Shown: positions 1 to 9,840 of the stretch, piece after piece
How positions within the stretch are numbered: position 1 is the first letter of the stretch
How the letters are laid out: the number at the start of each line of letters is the position of its first letter
NCBI GenBank assembly: GCA_004321745.1
Contig: SGYO01000001.1
Coordinates: 54,563-118,562 of the forward strand
Length of the DNA: 64,000 nucleotides
Direction of reading: 5' to 3'
DNA from: a bacterium
GTDB lineage: Bacteria; Fidelibacterota; Marinisomatia; Marinisomatales; UBA1611
Made by a program: the position numbers and the translations under genes
The notes under the pieces: model-generated
What the model was told of the DNA's origin: nothing
The model's input: the letters and a program-made list of their open reading frames with translations, nothing else
The model's database searches: none

Positions 1-1786
1 CACAATCTTGAAATTTAGCAAAAACGGTTGTATCTGAATTAACAGTCATGTCTCTATCATGAAAGTTCGATGGATTAGCACACGACTGCCCTTCAATATT
101 CTCTTTACTACTCCAATTATGTCCGTTTGTGTAGGTGTAAAAAATGCTTGATCCGGTAGAAAGCTCAAACGTACCTTCAAAAACTCCATCGCCATTATGA
201 TCGATTAACCTACCTGATTGATTACCATCATTTGGCTCACCCCATATCGATCCAGCAACATAAACGCCCTGCTCTGAAACAGTTTGATCTGTCATGTCCA
301 AATAAAATGTAACATTTGCAATTGGAGGCGGCGGCGGTACAAAGTCACACGCATAACATGAAGCATAACATACTAAAGGAAGTTCAAAATCTTGATCTCC
401 TATAGACACAATCCTGTCATTGAACTCACCAAAACCACACGGCTCTAATGCATTTGCATCTTCAAATCCATCCCAAGTACCAAAAGATGGCTGATTTCTA
501 AATTTATATGTTACGTCCTGATTGATCGCGAGCTCGACAGTTACTTTCCAAATGTCATCACCGTCAGAGTCATTCATTAACACACCTTCTTGGCCAAATT
601 GACCACCAGCCAAATAAACTCCTTCTGGATGAGTATCAACCTCATTCATGTCAACACTAAAGGTTACATCGATAAACGGATCATAACCTTCTCTAACAAA
701 TTTAAATGTCCAATAATTATCTCCAACCTGTATAGATAAAGTCATAAGATTACCATCGAACGAAAGAATATCGTAAGTTCTTGAGTTAGGTACAGCATCG
801 GTTAAACTGGAAAGTTCTCCACCATTGTAAGCCTTAGCTAGTGCAAAATATGCACCAACTCCATCAAGGGTTAGACTCATATCAGTTTCATTGTAGCTCC
901 ATGTAGCAGAGTTCGAACCATCATGAGGTGAAATAGGAGCGCCACAGCCTTCGTCTACACCCTGCCAAGTCTCCAACCAAGTCTCAGTACCCATATCATT
1001 AACAAAAGTGCCATCATCGTTTAGAATGTATTTATCATCAAATAAACACGCCCTATTCGCCACTGAGGCAGCATCATTTTGCCAGTGAACAGATCCAGTA
1101 GCATTTTCACCAGAACTAACCACTAACGAGCCAGCCTCTGGTACAAGCTTCCAAACATGAGCAAATGGGCTAAGGGGGGTATGTGTATGAGTTCCAATAT
1201 TTGAAAAGTCATCTTGGCCAAGAACAATCCACTCTGAATCAGTTGCATTAGTTCCGGCAGATGAAACCCAATCAATATTCCCAATGCCTACATTAGACTT
1301 TCTTACTAAAGTATGTTCTCCTGTTGCATTATCAATCCCAGCAACAGACCAACCAGCACCAGGGTCATCACCTGCATCTCCAACTATGTCTATTAATATA
1401 CCATTATGTACCAAACCAATTGCATCATCGCCATTAAAAAAAGTAGCAGTTGATCCAATTAAATCTGAAGCCGCTTGAATTTCATCATTTGCACTACTGT
1501 TACAAACTATCCAGACATCTCCTGGAGCTACAGACCCTTCAAGCTGAACACTATTACTTTCACCTTCAGCCCAGTCTCCTCCATTTGAAATACGCCAAAT
1601 TTGATATGTGCTTAAATCAATTGCTACATCTGTGCTATTGTATATTTCGATATACTTGTTATTGCTGGACCCCTCAGCATATTCACTAATAAATACGCCT
1701 TGAGCCTTAGAAACAGAAAAAACAAATATTGCTGTTAAAACAATAACTCTAATTAAATTGAATAAATTATTTTTATTATTTTTCAT
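1..1786 (-). CDS. Large secreted multidomain protein (signal peptide, lamin tail domain, putative glycan-binding modules); partial, runs off the left edge; absent from the ORF track
   Basis: My translation from ATG at 1786 reads MKNNKNNLFNLIRVIVLTAIFVFSVSKAQ-GVFISEYAEGSSNNKYIEIYN...FNGDDAIGL...LIDIVG (LTD signature). It continues WKLVPEAGSL...RACLFDDKY...TWLETWQG...CGAPISPHDGS, then two VTF.VDM...EGVY.AG repeats. No stop seen before base 1. Confidence 0.88.
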   Translation of the reverse strand, partial: MKNNKNNLFNLIRVIVLTAIFVFSVSKAQGVFISEYAEGSSNNKYIEIYNSTDVAIDLSTYQIWRISNGGDWAEGESNSVQLEGSVAPGDVWIVCNSSANDEIQAASDLIGSTATFFNGDDAIGLVHNGILIDIVGDAGDDPGAGWSVAGIDNATGEHTLVRKSNVGIGNIDWVSSAGTNATDSEWIVLGQDDFSNIGTHTHTPLSPFAHVWKLVPEAGSLVVSSGENATGSVHWQNDAASVANRACLFDDKYILNDDGTFVNDMGTETWLETWQGVDEGCGAPISPHDGSNSATWSYNETDMSLTLDGVGAYFALAKAYNGGELSSLTDAVPNSRTYDILSFDGNLMTLSIQVGDNYWTFKFVREGYDPFIDVTFSVDMNEVDTHPEGVYLAGGQFGQEGVLMNDSDGDDIWKVTVELAINQDVTYKFRNQPSFGTWDGFEDANALEPCGFGEFNDRIVSIGDQDFELPLVCYASCYACDFVPPPPPIANVTFYLDMTDQTVSEQGVYVAGSIWGEPNDGNQSGRLIDHNGDGVFEGTFELSTGSSIFYTYTNGHNWSSKENIEGQSCANPSNFHDRDMTVNSDTTVFAKFQDC

Positions 1787-2210
1787 TTTCAGACTCCCTA
1801 TGGCTTGACTCTGGAGTTAATGGTAACTTGATAGCTTTGTTACCATTTTCTATTTTTAGGGTTATCACAGAAAGTTTCGAGCGAGCGTTTGATGCCCATC
1901 TTTTAAAAATACTTTTTTCTTTATCTTTTTTAATTCGACTTTCTAGAATCTCTTGTTGCTCTTTCTGAACAACTTGCTGCTTTTTCAAAACAGATTGCGC
2001 ATATTTTTTCTCTCGAATCGATTTTTGAATTCTAGACTCATTGATTTTATCAACATCGATAGGTAAAACTTCTTGATCGATTGCTTTAATATTTGAATCT
2101 GTGTTATTCACATCTGTGTTTTCACCATCAATAGTTGAATTATTTTCTGATGCATAAACAAATGTAAAGACAATGAAGATAGTACCAATTATAGTTAGAC
2201 TTTTCATCAT
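1776..2210 (-). CDS. Hypothetical exported protein with a Q/K/E-rich coiled-coil segment
   Basis: 144-aa ORF with a signal peptide (…FVYA-S) and AGGAG RBS just upstream; overlaps the start of the downstream LTD gene by 11 nt. Confidence 0.7.
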   Translation of the reverse strand: MMKSLTIIGTIFIVFTFVYASENNSTIDGENTDVNNTDSNIKAIDQEVLPIDVDKINESRIQKSIREKKYAQSVLKKQQVVQKEQQEILESRIKKDKEKSIFKRWASNARSKLSVITLKIENGNKAIKLPLTPESSHRESENEK

Positions 2211-2379
2211 TACTCCTTTTTTGTGTTCCTATATATAAAAGTTTTGTGGTAAGTGGACAAAAACGCTACCGAATATAGAAAACAACAGAAGGTTTGTCAA
2301 ACAATACAGTCCTAATTTTTTCACAAGTTTTAATTGTAAAATACCATTGAAAAATTTTGGAATGTTTTTACCTAAATAG

Positions 2380-2409
2380 TTAAGTTTCGACCAGTGATTC
2401 GAAATTTAA
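2380..2409. promoter_or_regulatory. Inverted repeat, candidate TetR operator
   Basis: TTAAGTTTCGA-ccagtgat-TCGAAATTTAA (11-bp arms, 1 mismatch), 37 nt upstream of the TetR start and next to TATAAT at 2413-2418. Confidence 0.55.
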
Positions 2410-2446
2410 ACTTATAATTTATATTAACTAAAAATAAGGATGCGAT

Positions 2447-3046
2447 ATGTCACCTTCTAAAAGACAAATAGAAGAAAGAGAAGCGAGAAAACAAAGAATT
2501 CTAAAAGGTGCACTTGAGGTGTTCAAGTCAAACGGGCTTGAGGGCGCTACCATGGATCAAATCGCTCAGCAGTCTGGTTTTGGTAAAGCAACTTTATATT
2601 ATTACTTTAAATCAAAAGAGGATGTTTTTAGCGCTATACTTGAAGATGGTTGGGAGAATATTTGGGAATCTTTAGAGCCCATAATTGCTGATGGTGACGG
2701 CCCTCGAAACTCATTTATAAAACTATTAATAAAGATCGCTGAAATTGCTCAAGGCAGGCCAGGTCTTTTTGAGTTTTTATTCAATGCTCCAAAAACAATA
2801 AAACTTGAAAATCAGCCATGGAAAGAATATCAACACCGTCTCTATGGCGTAATCCAAGGGCTACTCGAGGACGGCGTAAAAGCAGGTGAATTCCCCAAAA
2901 TAAATCCTGAATTAATGTTCAAAGCGCTTGGAGGGTTATTCATGGGGCTTGTTTTTATGGGTGATAAAAAGGAACCCGTCTCTGAAAAAGATGTTGAAAA
3001 ATTGTTGAATCAGCTTATCACCGATCCAAATTATTCATCAAACTAA
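2447..3046 (+). CDS. TetR/AcrR family transcriptional regulator
   Basis: N-terminal HTH: ILKGALEVFKSNGLEGATMDQIAQQSGFGKATLYYYFKSKEDVF. Confidence 0.95.
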   Translation: MSPSKRQIEEREARKQRILKGALEVFKSNGLEGATMDQIAQQSGFGKATLYYYFKSKEDVFSAILEDGWENIWESLEPIIADGDGPRNSFIKLLIKIAEIAQGRPGLFEFLFNAPKTIKLENQPWKEYQHRLYGVIQGLLEDGVKAGEFPKINPELMFKALGGLFMGLVFMGDKKEPVSEKDVEKLLNQLITDPNYSSN

Positions 3047-3070
3047 TACGATCCACAAAAAAATACTTTT

Positions 3071-5203
3071 ATGAAACTGAAATTCCTCTTCCTGCTCATT
3101 CTACTTTCATTTGCTAACTCGCAAATAAAAATAGCGGGAACTGTAATCGATAATAAAAGTGGCTCCCCCTTACCTCTAGTGAATGTTTACAGCTCAGATT
3201 TAGATTTAGGAGAAGTAACCGACAATAAAGGAAGATTTTCATATACCTTTAATGATAAGCAAAAAGCAGAATTAATTTTTAGCCATGTTGCATATGAAAA
3301 ATACCATCAGGTTTTTGATTCAACTTACGATGACGTTGTTATCAGATTGAATGAAACATTAATTCAATTAAATAATGTTGTAGTAACAAGCACAAGAAGT
3401 GGATACTTGCTTAGGGATGTACCAGTTGCAACGGAGGTAATCGGTAAAAAAGAAATAACCGAATCTGGCGCCACCACTATAAATGAACTTTTACAACAAA
3501 GGGCTGGAGTTTCCACCTCTACGAATGTTGATGGCGGTGCTATTTTTAATATGTTAGGTTTAGATTCTAGATATATTTTAATTTTAAAAGATGGTCAACC
3601 TATAACAGGGCAGTTTAATAACCGAGTTGACCTTAATCACATTTCAACAAATCGCTTAAAAAAAATAGAGATCACTAAAGGCCCTGGATCTGCTATTTAT
3701 GGCACTGATGCAATGGGTGGCGTAATAAATATTATTACAGAAGATGCTAAAAACTCTCCCACTTTGACTACTAGTTACAGGGCAAGTAGTTTTGGTGGCA
3801 CTCCAAAACAAATTTCTAAAGACCCGATTAATTCTATTGTTAAAAGCAGTTTAACGATTCCTTTTAATAATTTCAATTTTACATCTGATATCACTTATCA
3901 ACATTTTTTAAAAGGCCAACAGTTCGAATACATTAGCGCAGATCAAATTGATAAAGTCAATTTTGATAATGAATTAAAATGGAACAAGGAAAATCATAGC
4001 TTAAGGGCCTCGCATAGTAAGTACAAACAAACCGATGAAGGCGCTACTAGATTATCTAGTGGAACTGTGTTATATACAAACGAAACAAATATTAACAGAA
4101 ATCAACTTACATTGAATCATAAGTGGCAGTTGAAAGATAATTTCTTCATTGAGCAAACTATTCGCAATGCAAATTATATTCGTAGCTACATAGTAAAAAA
4201 TAATGATGGGTCACTGTCTACTGAAGATGATACTAAAGAAGAAAATACTGAATATGAATTTTTATTTAATAGAACATATGAAAAATTAAAATACAATGGC
4301 GGTGTAGAATTTTCAAAACCTGAATACAAAAGTGATAGAATAGCTGGAGGCATTCGACAAAAGGAAATATTTGGGTTATTTAATCAGATTGCATGGAGCG
4401 CAACTTCAATGATAAAAGCTGTTTCAGGCCTAAGGTTCGATACTTATGGAGATACCACAGTGACAAGCCCGCGGCTAGCTCTATCATTTAAAATGAATGA
4501 AAGTTGGATATACCGATTATCATATGGGCATGGATTTAGAGCACCTTCATTTATGGAGTCTCTAATTGACTGGGACCATTTACAATTTGGATATAGCGTG
4601 AAAGGCAACCCCAACTTAAAGCCAGAAATTTCAAAAGGGTTTACTTTAGGTGCAGAATATAGAAATAATAATAATTTTCAACTTAGTACATTGTTATATC
4701 ATAATACTTTTTCAAATTTGATAAAAGACTATGCCATCGAACCAGGCCTACTAAGTTATCGCAATATTGAAAGAGCATACTTTACAGGACTTGAGATAAT
4801 CTCAAAGTGGGCAATAAATTCCAAACTTTCATCTAGTTTTACATTTAATTACGTAAAAAATGAAGATGAAAATAGTGAGCAGATCCCAAATACAATCCCA
4901 TTATCAATTGGCGGCAGGTTATCATACTCCCCTGGAAATCAGAAAGTTTTATATGCTTTAAACTTCAAAGGAACCGGAAAATACGATCCGCAAGAATTTG
5001 ATCCATCAAGTGGTGACTATCAGTCTTCAGATACTTCAGTAAAATCATATTTAACAGTTGATGCTCAAATCATTTATAACATAACCCCATCATACCGCGT
5101 CATCTTTGGTGCAAAAAATATTGGGAACCACACAAACCTAGCATATGGGCCTTATATAGGGAGGACCGCTTATGTTGAACTAAATACAAACTATGAAAGG
5201 TAA
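3071..5203 (+). CDS. TonB-dependent receptor, probably heme-type (HmuR-like)
   Basis: Signal peptide, carboxypeptidase-regulatory-like N-domain, plug (VVVTSTR; IEITKGPGSAIYGTDAMGGVINIIT), FRAP…H…NPNL motifs. Confidence 0.9.
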   Translation: MKLKFLFLLILLSFANSQIKIAGTVIDNKSGSPLPLVNVYSSDLDLGEVTDNKGRFSYTFNDKQKAELIFSHVAYEKYHQVFDSTYDDVVIRLNETLIQLNNVVVTSTRSGYLLRDVPVATEVIGKKEITESGATTINELLQQRAGVSTSTNVDGGAIFNMLGLDSRYILILKDGQPITGQFNNRVDLNHISTNRLKKIEITKGPGSAIYGTDAMGGVINIITEDAKNSPTLTTSYRASSFGGTPKQISKDPINSIVKSSLTIPFNNFNFTSDITYQHFLKGQQFEYISADQIDKVNFDNELKWNKENHSLRASHSKYKQTDEGATRLSSGTVLYTNETNINRNQLTLNHKWQLKDNFFIEQTIRNANYIRSYIVKNNDGSLSTEDDTKEENTEYEFLFNRTYEKLKYNGGVEFSKPEYKSDRIAGGIRQKEIFGLFNQIAWSATSMIKAVSGLRFDTYGDTTVTSPRLALSFKMNESWIYRLSYGHGFRAPSFMESLIDWDHLQFGYSVKGNPNLKPEISKGFTLGAEYRNNNNFQLSTLLYHNTFSNLIKDYAIEPGLLSYRNIERAYFTGLEIISKWAINSKLSSSFTFNYVKNEDENSEQIPNTIPLSIGGRLSYSPGNQKVLYALNFKGTGKYDPQEFDPSSGDYQSSDTSVKSYLTVDAQIIYNITPSYRVIFGAKNIGNHTNLAYGPYIGRTAYVELNTNYER

Positions 5204-5210
5204 TTTTTTA

Positions 5211-5744
5211 ATGAGTAAACCATTACTTTCTGTCATTATGATCTCATATCTCCTACTAATTGGATGTGAGGACAAAGAAACAAATAATAATCAAGCAGGG
5301 GAAGAAGTTATAACTCACGATATTGATGCAATAGGAGCTTCAGGTTTCTATTTTAATCTTTCCTCTGGAACAGAAGTTGATTCATCATCTACATGGCATG
5401 TATCATTTCAAATGATTCCTGTTGAATTTGGAGAGGCAACATACATGATGCCGAGTTTGATCTTAGGAGCGACTACTTATACAGCAGAGTATACAGATAT
5501 TTTGTTTGAAGACATGGAAGATACTCCTGATTCATTTATGTCTGATTATTTTCAGGACGCATCTGCAGTTCAATATTCTGGTTCTAATGAAGTTTTACAA
5601 TATGATATGCAATCCCATACTGTTAGTGTTAAAGACCCAGAAAGGGTATTCGTAGTTTATGAACTTGGTAACCATAAAACTTATAAAATACAATTTAATG
5701 AGTACGTTAGCGGCGTAATAGTTTTTCAATACGGAAGTCTCTAG
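5211..5744 (+). CDS. HmuY-like heme-binding lipoprotein
   Basis: Lipobox LLIGC; start moved to ATG 5211 (GAAAGG RBS). HmuY-like motifs YFNLSSG..V….WHVSF, YDMQSH, RVFVV…KTYKIQF..Y.SGVIVFQY. Lies directly after the TBDR. Confidence 0.7.
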   Translation: MSKPLLSVIMISYLLLIGCEDKETNNNQAGEEVITHDIDAIGASGFYFNLSSGTEVDSSSTWHVSFQMIPVEFGEATYMMPSLILGATTYTAEYTDILFEDMEDTPDSFMSDYFQDASAVQYSGSNEVLQYDMQSHTVSVKDPERVFVVYELGNHKTYKIQFNEYVSGVIVFQYGSL

Positions 5745-5755
5745 TTTTATAATAA

Positions 5756-6157
5756 ATGAGATTAATTTTTAAACAAATGCCCTTTTCCAAAATTATATAT
5801 TTCTCTTTTGGTTTATTTTTAACAGGGCTAGGCCTAGTAGGAGTTATAATACCAGGTTTACCCACGACCATCTTTATGATTTTAGCAGCAGCATGTTTTT
5901 TTCGTAGCTCGGCAAGAATGTATAATTGGGTGATTAATCATCCTCTTTTTGGGGAGAGTGTGTTACGCTTCAGATCTGGCGAAGGTATGCCAATAAAAGC
6001 TAAATACACTTCTATTATTATGATGTGGTTTTTCATTTTAACCTCAATATTTTTCTTTCTTCATTCTCATGCTTTGTGGATAAAAACGATCATTGCTTTA
6101 TCAGGTTTCATTGGTACTGCCTTCATTCTAAGGCAACCAACTTTTAAAAAAGTATAA
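5756..6157 (+). CDS. YbaN/DUF454 family inner membrane protein
   Basis: GLVGVIIPGLPTTIFMILAAACFFRSS..MYNWVINHPLFG signature. Confidence 0.9.
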   Translation: MRLIFKQMPFSKIIYFSFGLFLTGLGLVGVIIPGLPTTIFMILAAACFFRSSARMYNWVINHPLFGESVLRFRSGEGMPIKAKYTSIIMMWFFILTSIFFFLHSHALWIKTIIALSGFIGTAFILRQPTFKKV

Positions 6158-6232
6158 TAATCTTCCAAGCATATCCCTTTATTTTCCATTAAATAGAAAC
6201 CGATCTTAATTTATGTGCCTAATTATGCTATC

Positions 6233-6658
6233 ATGAAGTCTATTTTATTTATTCAAACGTTACTATTATTCCTGATCGGTTGCGGTGAAAAACCCTCTCG
6301 TCCAAATATAGTTATTATTTTTACGGATGATCAGGGCTACGGGGACCTTAGCAAAGAACAAATCATAAACCATGTAAAAGTACGATTTCTTCGAGATCAA
6401 GTGGTTTGGATTTTTTTGCCTAAGATGATTTAAATTACATATTCAATTGATGGAATGAATTTTGAGTTAGCATATGAATTTTATCCTGATAATAGTTTCA
6501 GCTATGATCAAGATATTTTCGAATACAGCGCCGCATTATACAATATCAAATCTAGATATGTTCGTGTAAAAGGTTTAAATATTAATGAATGCCCAGAATT
6601 CCACCCTGGCGCTAGTGGGCCGTCTTGGGTTTTCGCAGAAGAGATAATAATTAAATGA
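6233..6658 (+). pseudogene. Sulfatase remnant: N-terminus fused to a C-terminal discoidin (F5/8-type)-like domain, with an internal TAA
   Basis: Lipobox LIGC plus the sulfatase start RPNIVIIFTDDQGYGDL joins directly to ..VRFLRDQ..WIFLPK*I.YSIDG.NF…SRYVRVK…CPEFHPGASGPSWVFAEEI. Track ORFs 6215-6433 and 6455-6658 share a frame, separated by TAA at 6431-6433. No CxPxR catalytic motif. Confidence 0.75.
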
Positions 6659-7845
6659 ATTTCTTTTTTATTTTTGCAACTATAATTCTTATAACAATGC
6701 ATGGAGCAGTTGGTTTAAGAATCATCCCGTTTTTGAACCTAAATAACAACGTCAAAATCATAACGTGGTGTGTTATCGCTGTGCTAGGTGCTTTACCTAT
6801 CATCCCAATTATTTTAAGATCAAAAGGCTATGAAGAAAAATTTGTAGACTGGTTTTCATGGGCGGGTTATATAAGTTTAGGGTTTTTTGCTCTAACATTC
6901 CTTGCTGTAATTACAAAAGACCTTGTTTATTTCGCATTGGGATTAATTTCAAAATTCTCATCTGGATATTCACAAGAAACAATAGACCCACAAAGGAGAG
7001 AATTCATTCAAAAGTTATTGAGTATTGGAATCATTACAACTACTGGTGCCTCGACTCTTAAGGGTTTATATAATGCACGTAAAGGTCCTACAATAATGAA
7101 GGAAAACATTGCTATAAATAACCTTCATAAAGATATGGGAGGGCTTAAAATTGCCCAAATATCTGACCTCCATGTAGGGCCAACTATAAAAAAAGGTTAC
7201 GTTGAGAGTGTTGTAAACGAAGTAAATGAACTAAATCCGGATATCATAGCCATTACTGGCGATATGGTCGATGGTTCAGTCAATTACCTTGCTCCGCATG
7301 TAGAACCCTTAAAAGACTTACACGCAAATATTGGGACGTTTTTTGTAACAGGTAATCACGAATACTATTCTGGGGTAGACCAATGGCTAGATAAAACAGA
7401 TCAGTTAGGGTTTACAAATCTACTAGATAGTCATGAAATAATAAAAAAAGGATATGGTGAGATAACCTTAGGGGGAGTAACTGATTATAGAAGTAGTACA
7501 ATAAAGTCTAGTCATAAGAGTGACGCAAAACTAGCATTCGATAATGCTCCAGAAAACATCCCTAAAATATTGTTAGCTCACCAACCGTGGAGTATTTATA
7601 ATGCACACGAGGCAGGCGCAGACCTCCAATTATCTGGTCATACTCATGGCGGACAATTTTGGCCATTTGTATACCCTGTTCGGTGGGCAAACCCATACAC
7701 AGCTGGATTACATGATCATGACGGTACTTTAATCTATGTGAATCGAGGAACTGGATATTGGGGACCACCTTTAAGGCTTGGCGTAGAATCAGAAATCACT
7801 TTAATTACTTTGAATACAAAAAAACAAAATAGTCTATCATCATAA
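6655..7845 (+). CDS. Membrane-bound metallophosphoesterase (YkuE/YaeI family)
   Basis: N-terminal TM helices; motifs DLH, GD, GNHE, LLAHQP, GHTHGGQ, GPPLRLG. Confidence 0.93.
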   Translation: MNFFFIFATIILITMHGAVGLRIIPFLNLNNNVKIITWCVIAVLGALPIIPIILRSKGYEEKFVDWFSWAGYISLGFFALTFLAVITKDLVYFALGLISKFSSGYSQETIDPQRREFIQKLLSIGIITTTGASTLKGLYNARKGPTIMKENIAINNLHKDMGGLKIAQISDLHVGPTIKKGYVESVVNEVNELNPDIIAITGDMVDGSVNYLAPHVEPLKDLHANIGTFFVTGNHEYYSGVDQWLDKTDQLGFTNLLDSHEIIKKGYGEITLGGVTDYRSSTIKSSHKSDAKLAFDNAPENIPKILLAHQPWSIYNAHEAGADLQLSGHTHGGQFWPFVYPVRWANPYTAGLHDHDGTLIYVNRGTGYWGPPLRLGVESEITLITLNTKKQNSLSS

Positions 7846-7872
7846 TTTCCTTTTTGTAAATTAAAAGCCCTT

Positions 7873-9078
7873 ATGATAAAAAATTTTATAAAAAATTGTG
7901 CAGCTTTATTAATAATTGTCAATTTATTTTATGCCCAGCAACTATCAAAAAAAATGGGTAGCCATGTAAATGGTGAGCGTTATAAGGGTTCATACAAGAA
8001 TGGATTAAAAGATGGATTTGGTGAATGGATACATCCTGATGGAGACAATTACCGAGGAAAATTTAAAGCAGGAATAAAAAGAGGAAAAGGGGTTTATACC
8101 TTCGAAAATGGAGATAAATATAAAGGATATTTCAAAAGAGATAAAAAACATGGACTGGGTTCATATATCTATAGTAATGGTGAAATATTTATTGGCGAGT
8201 TTAAAAACAATATAAGAGATGGCAAGGGTTATGTTGTTTTTCGGGGCGATACAACTAAATCAGGAGTTTGGCTTGCTGACAAATTCATAAAGAAAGAAAG
8301 ACTCAAAAATGTAAAAAGGCGTTTAGAGGCAACTTATCCAAAATATAAAAAAACAAAGAAAAAACCTGAGTTAGCTATTTTGTCTAGTAAACTACTCATA
8401 AATAATGGAAGTGACACCTTAGAAACAAATGATATAGCTGAGCTAATTATCGAACTAAAAAACACAGGAGAGGGTAATGCTCAAGGGATTGAAATATTTC
8501 TAGAATTAAGTAATTATTCAGGTGGCCTAGATATAAGCGAAACAAAAATCATTCGCAAGCTCATTCCTGAAGCTCAAAAAAAAATAAAAACTGAAATTTC
8601 TGCAACTGATATGATGATATCAGAAAAAATTTCAATTTCAGCTTATATTACGGAACATTATGGAAATGACCTGTACGCTCCACAAATAATTTCTTTAAAT
8701 ACAAAATCATTGACAAGCCCTGATCTTGTTTTATCTGATATTAATATCAATGATCAAAATAACAAGAATGGTTTAATCGAACCTGCTGAGGTCATCAAAG
8801 CGACAATGTATGTCAAGAACAACGGCCAGCAAGTTGCTAAAGACGTTAGCTTAGAAGTACTTTTTGGAGATTTTGTATTCAATACAGGAAAATCTAGTTT
8901 TAACCTTGGAAATATTAAAAAAGATCAGAAGAAAAAAGTTCAATTCTCTTTCTTTGCGATGAGTGAAGCTGAAAAAGAATTACCCATCAGTTTTGAAATC
9001 AAAGAATCAAGAAGTAAGTTTGATCAAATAGTCCCCTCTGGATTAGACCTGAATAGAAATAATAAAGTCCAAAATTAA
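7873..9078 (+). CDS. Exported MORN-repeat protein with two CARDB/Ig-like domains
   Basis: Four to five YxGxFKxGxxxGxGxYxxxNG repeats, then LKNTGEGNA and VKNNGQQVA beta-sandwich motifs. Confidence 0.85.
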   Translation: MIKNFIKNCAALLIIVNLFYAQQLSKKMGSHVNGERYKGSYKNGLKDGFGEWIHPDGDNYRGKFKAGIKRGKGVYTFENGDKYKGYFKRDKKHGLGSYIYSNGEIFIGEFKNNIRDGKGYVVFRGDTTKSGVWLADKFIKKERLKNVKRRLEATYPKYKKTKKKPELAILSSKLLINNGSDTLETNDIAELIIELKNTGEGNAQGIEIFLELSNYSGGLDISETKIIRKLIPEAQKKIKTEISATDMMISEKISISAYITEHYGNDLYAPQIISLNTKSLTSPDLVLSDININDQNNKNGLIEPAEVIKATMYVKNNGQQVAKDVSLEVLFGDFVFNTGKSSFNLGNIKKDQKKKVQFSFFAMSEAEKELPISFEIKESRSKFDQIVPSGLDLNRNNKVQN

Positions 9079-9165
9079 ACGATATCTTTTTCGTAATATC
9101 AAATCGATTTTACGATCTACATAAATAATCATATTCAACATTTGTTTAAAATTAGGAGCTCAATC

Positions 9166-9417
9166 ATGAATACATATACAAAGGGATTTGTATCAGGTTT
9201 TTTTCTCTGTCTTTCAATTATAATACTAATTGGTGCAACCAAGCCCAATAGCTCTAACGAACAGAAAGAAATAATAAAAAAACTAGAAAACATAGAGCAA
9301 AAAATTGACTTTAATTATAATGTTCTAAACAAACACTTAGTGAGAATAATGGCTTATGGAGTTAAAGTAAAAGAGGGTGAAATCGATAAAGTAAGAAATT
9401 CGGTCGATTGTAACTAA
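9166..9417 (+). CDS. Small membrane-anchored hypothetical protein
   Basis: ATG at 9166 follows AGGAG; N-terminal hydrophobic helix, then a short coiled coil. Confidence 0.65.
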   Translation: MNTYTKGFVSGFFLCLSIIILIGATKPNSSNEQKEIIKKLENIEQKIDFNYNVLNKHLVRIMAYGVKVKEGEIDKVRNSVDCN

Positions 9418-9446
9418 TTTAATAAAATTTAATAAAAGAGGGGAAT

Positions 9447-9827
9447 ATGGCAAATAAGCATAATCATCTACTAGAACTAGTCATGTTTGACATAGCATAT
9501 GTTATATCAAATTGTGATTATGAATATTCATCAGATGAAAAAAAATATCTTAATGTGATTTTAGATAGATATAGCGACGATGATAAAGAACTTTTAAAAC
9601 TTAGAACTCAGTTCTTAGATAGTATTTTAGAAAAAGGAATCGAAGAAGTAAAAAGCTTTGTAGTTAACCTTAGTAAATCCCTTAAAAGTAAAATAGATGA
9701 TGATATGAAAAAAGCATACCTTGAACTATTTAAAGAGGTTATCATGTTAGATAAAAACGTACATGAAAATGAACGTATTTTGTATAGGCTTTTGTGCGAA
9801 CAATGGGATCATAAAAGTGACATCTAG
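9447..9827 (+). CDS. TerB-like family protein
   Basis: Duplicated TerB motifs CDYEYSSDE and LDKNVHENE in an all-helical 126-aa protein. Confidence 0.65.
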   Translation: MANKHNHLLELVMFDIAYVISNCDYEYSSDEKKYLNVILDRYSDDDKELLKLRTQFLDSILEKGIEEVKSFVVNLSKSLKSKIDDDMKKAYLELFKEVIMLDKNVHENERILYRLLCEQWDHKSDI

Positions 9828-9840
9828 TTGTTAGCTAAAT

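Noticed and set aside
1284-1689. Plus-strand track ORFs 1284-1478 and 1450-1689
   Set aside because: Antisense shadows of the LTD protein on the minus strand.
6431-6433. A third recoded stop, in the sulfatase remnant
   Set aside because: The codon is TAA, not at a catalytic position, has no SECIS-like hairpin, and the gene is already missing its core.
7960-8280. Periodic sequence suggesting a CRISPR or tandem repeat array
   Set aside because: These are degenerate 23-aa MORN protein repeats with no identical nucleotide repeats or spacers.
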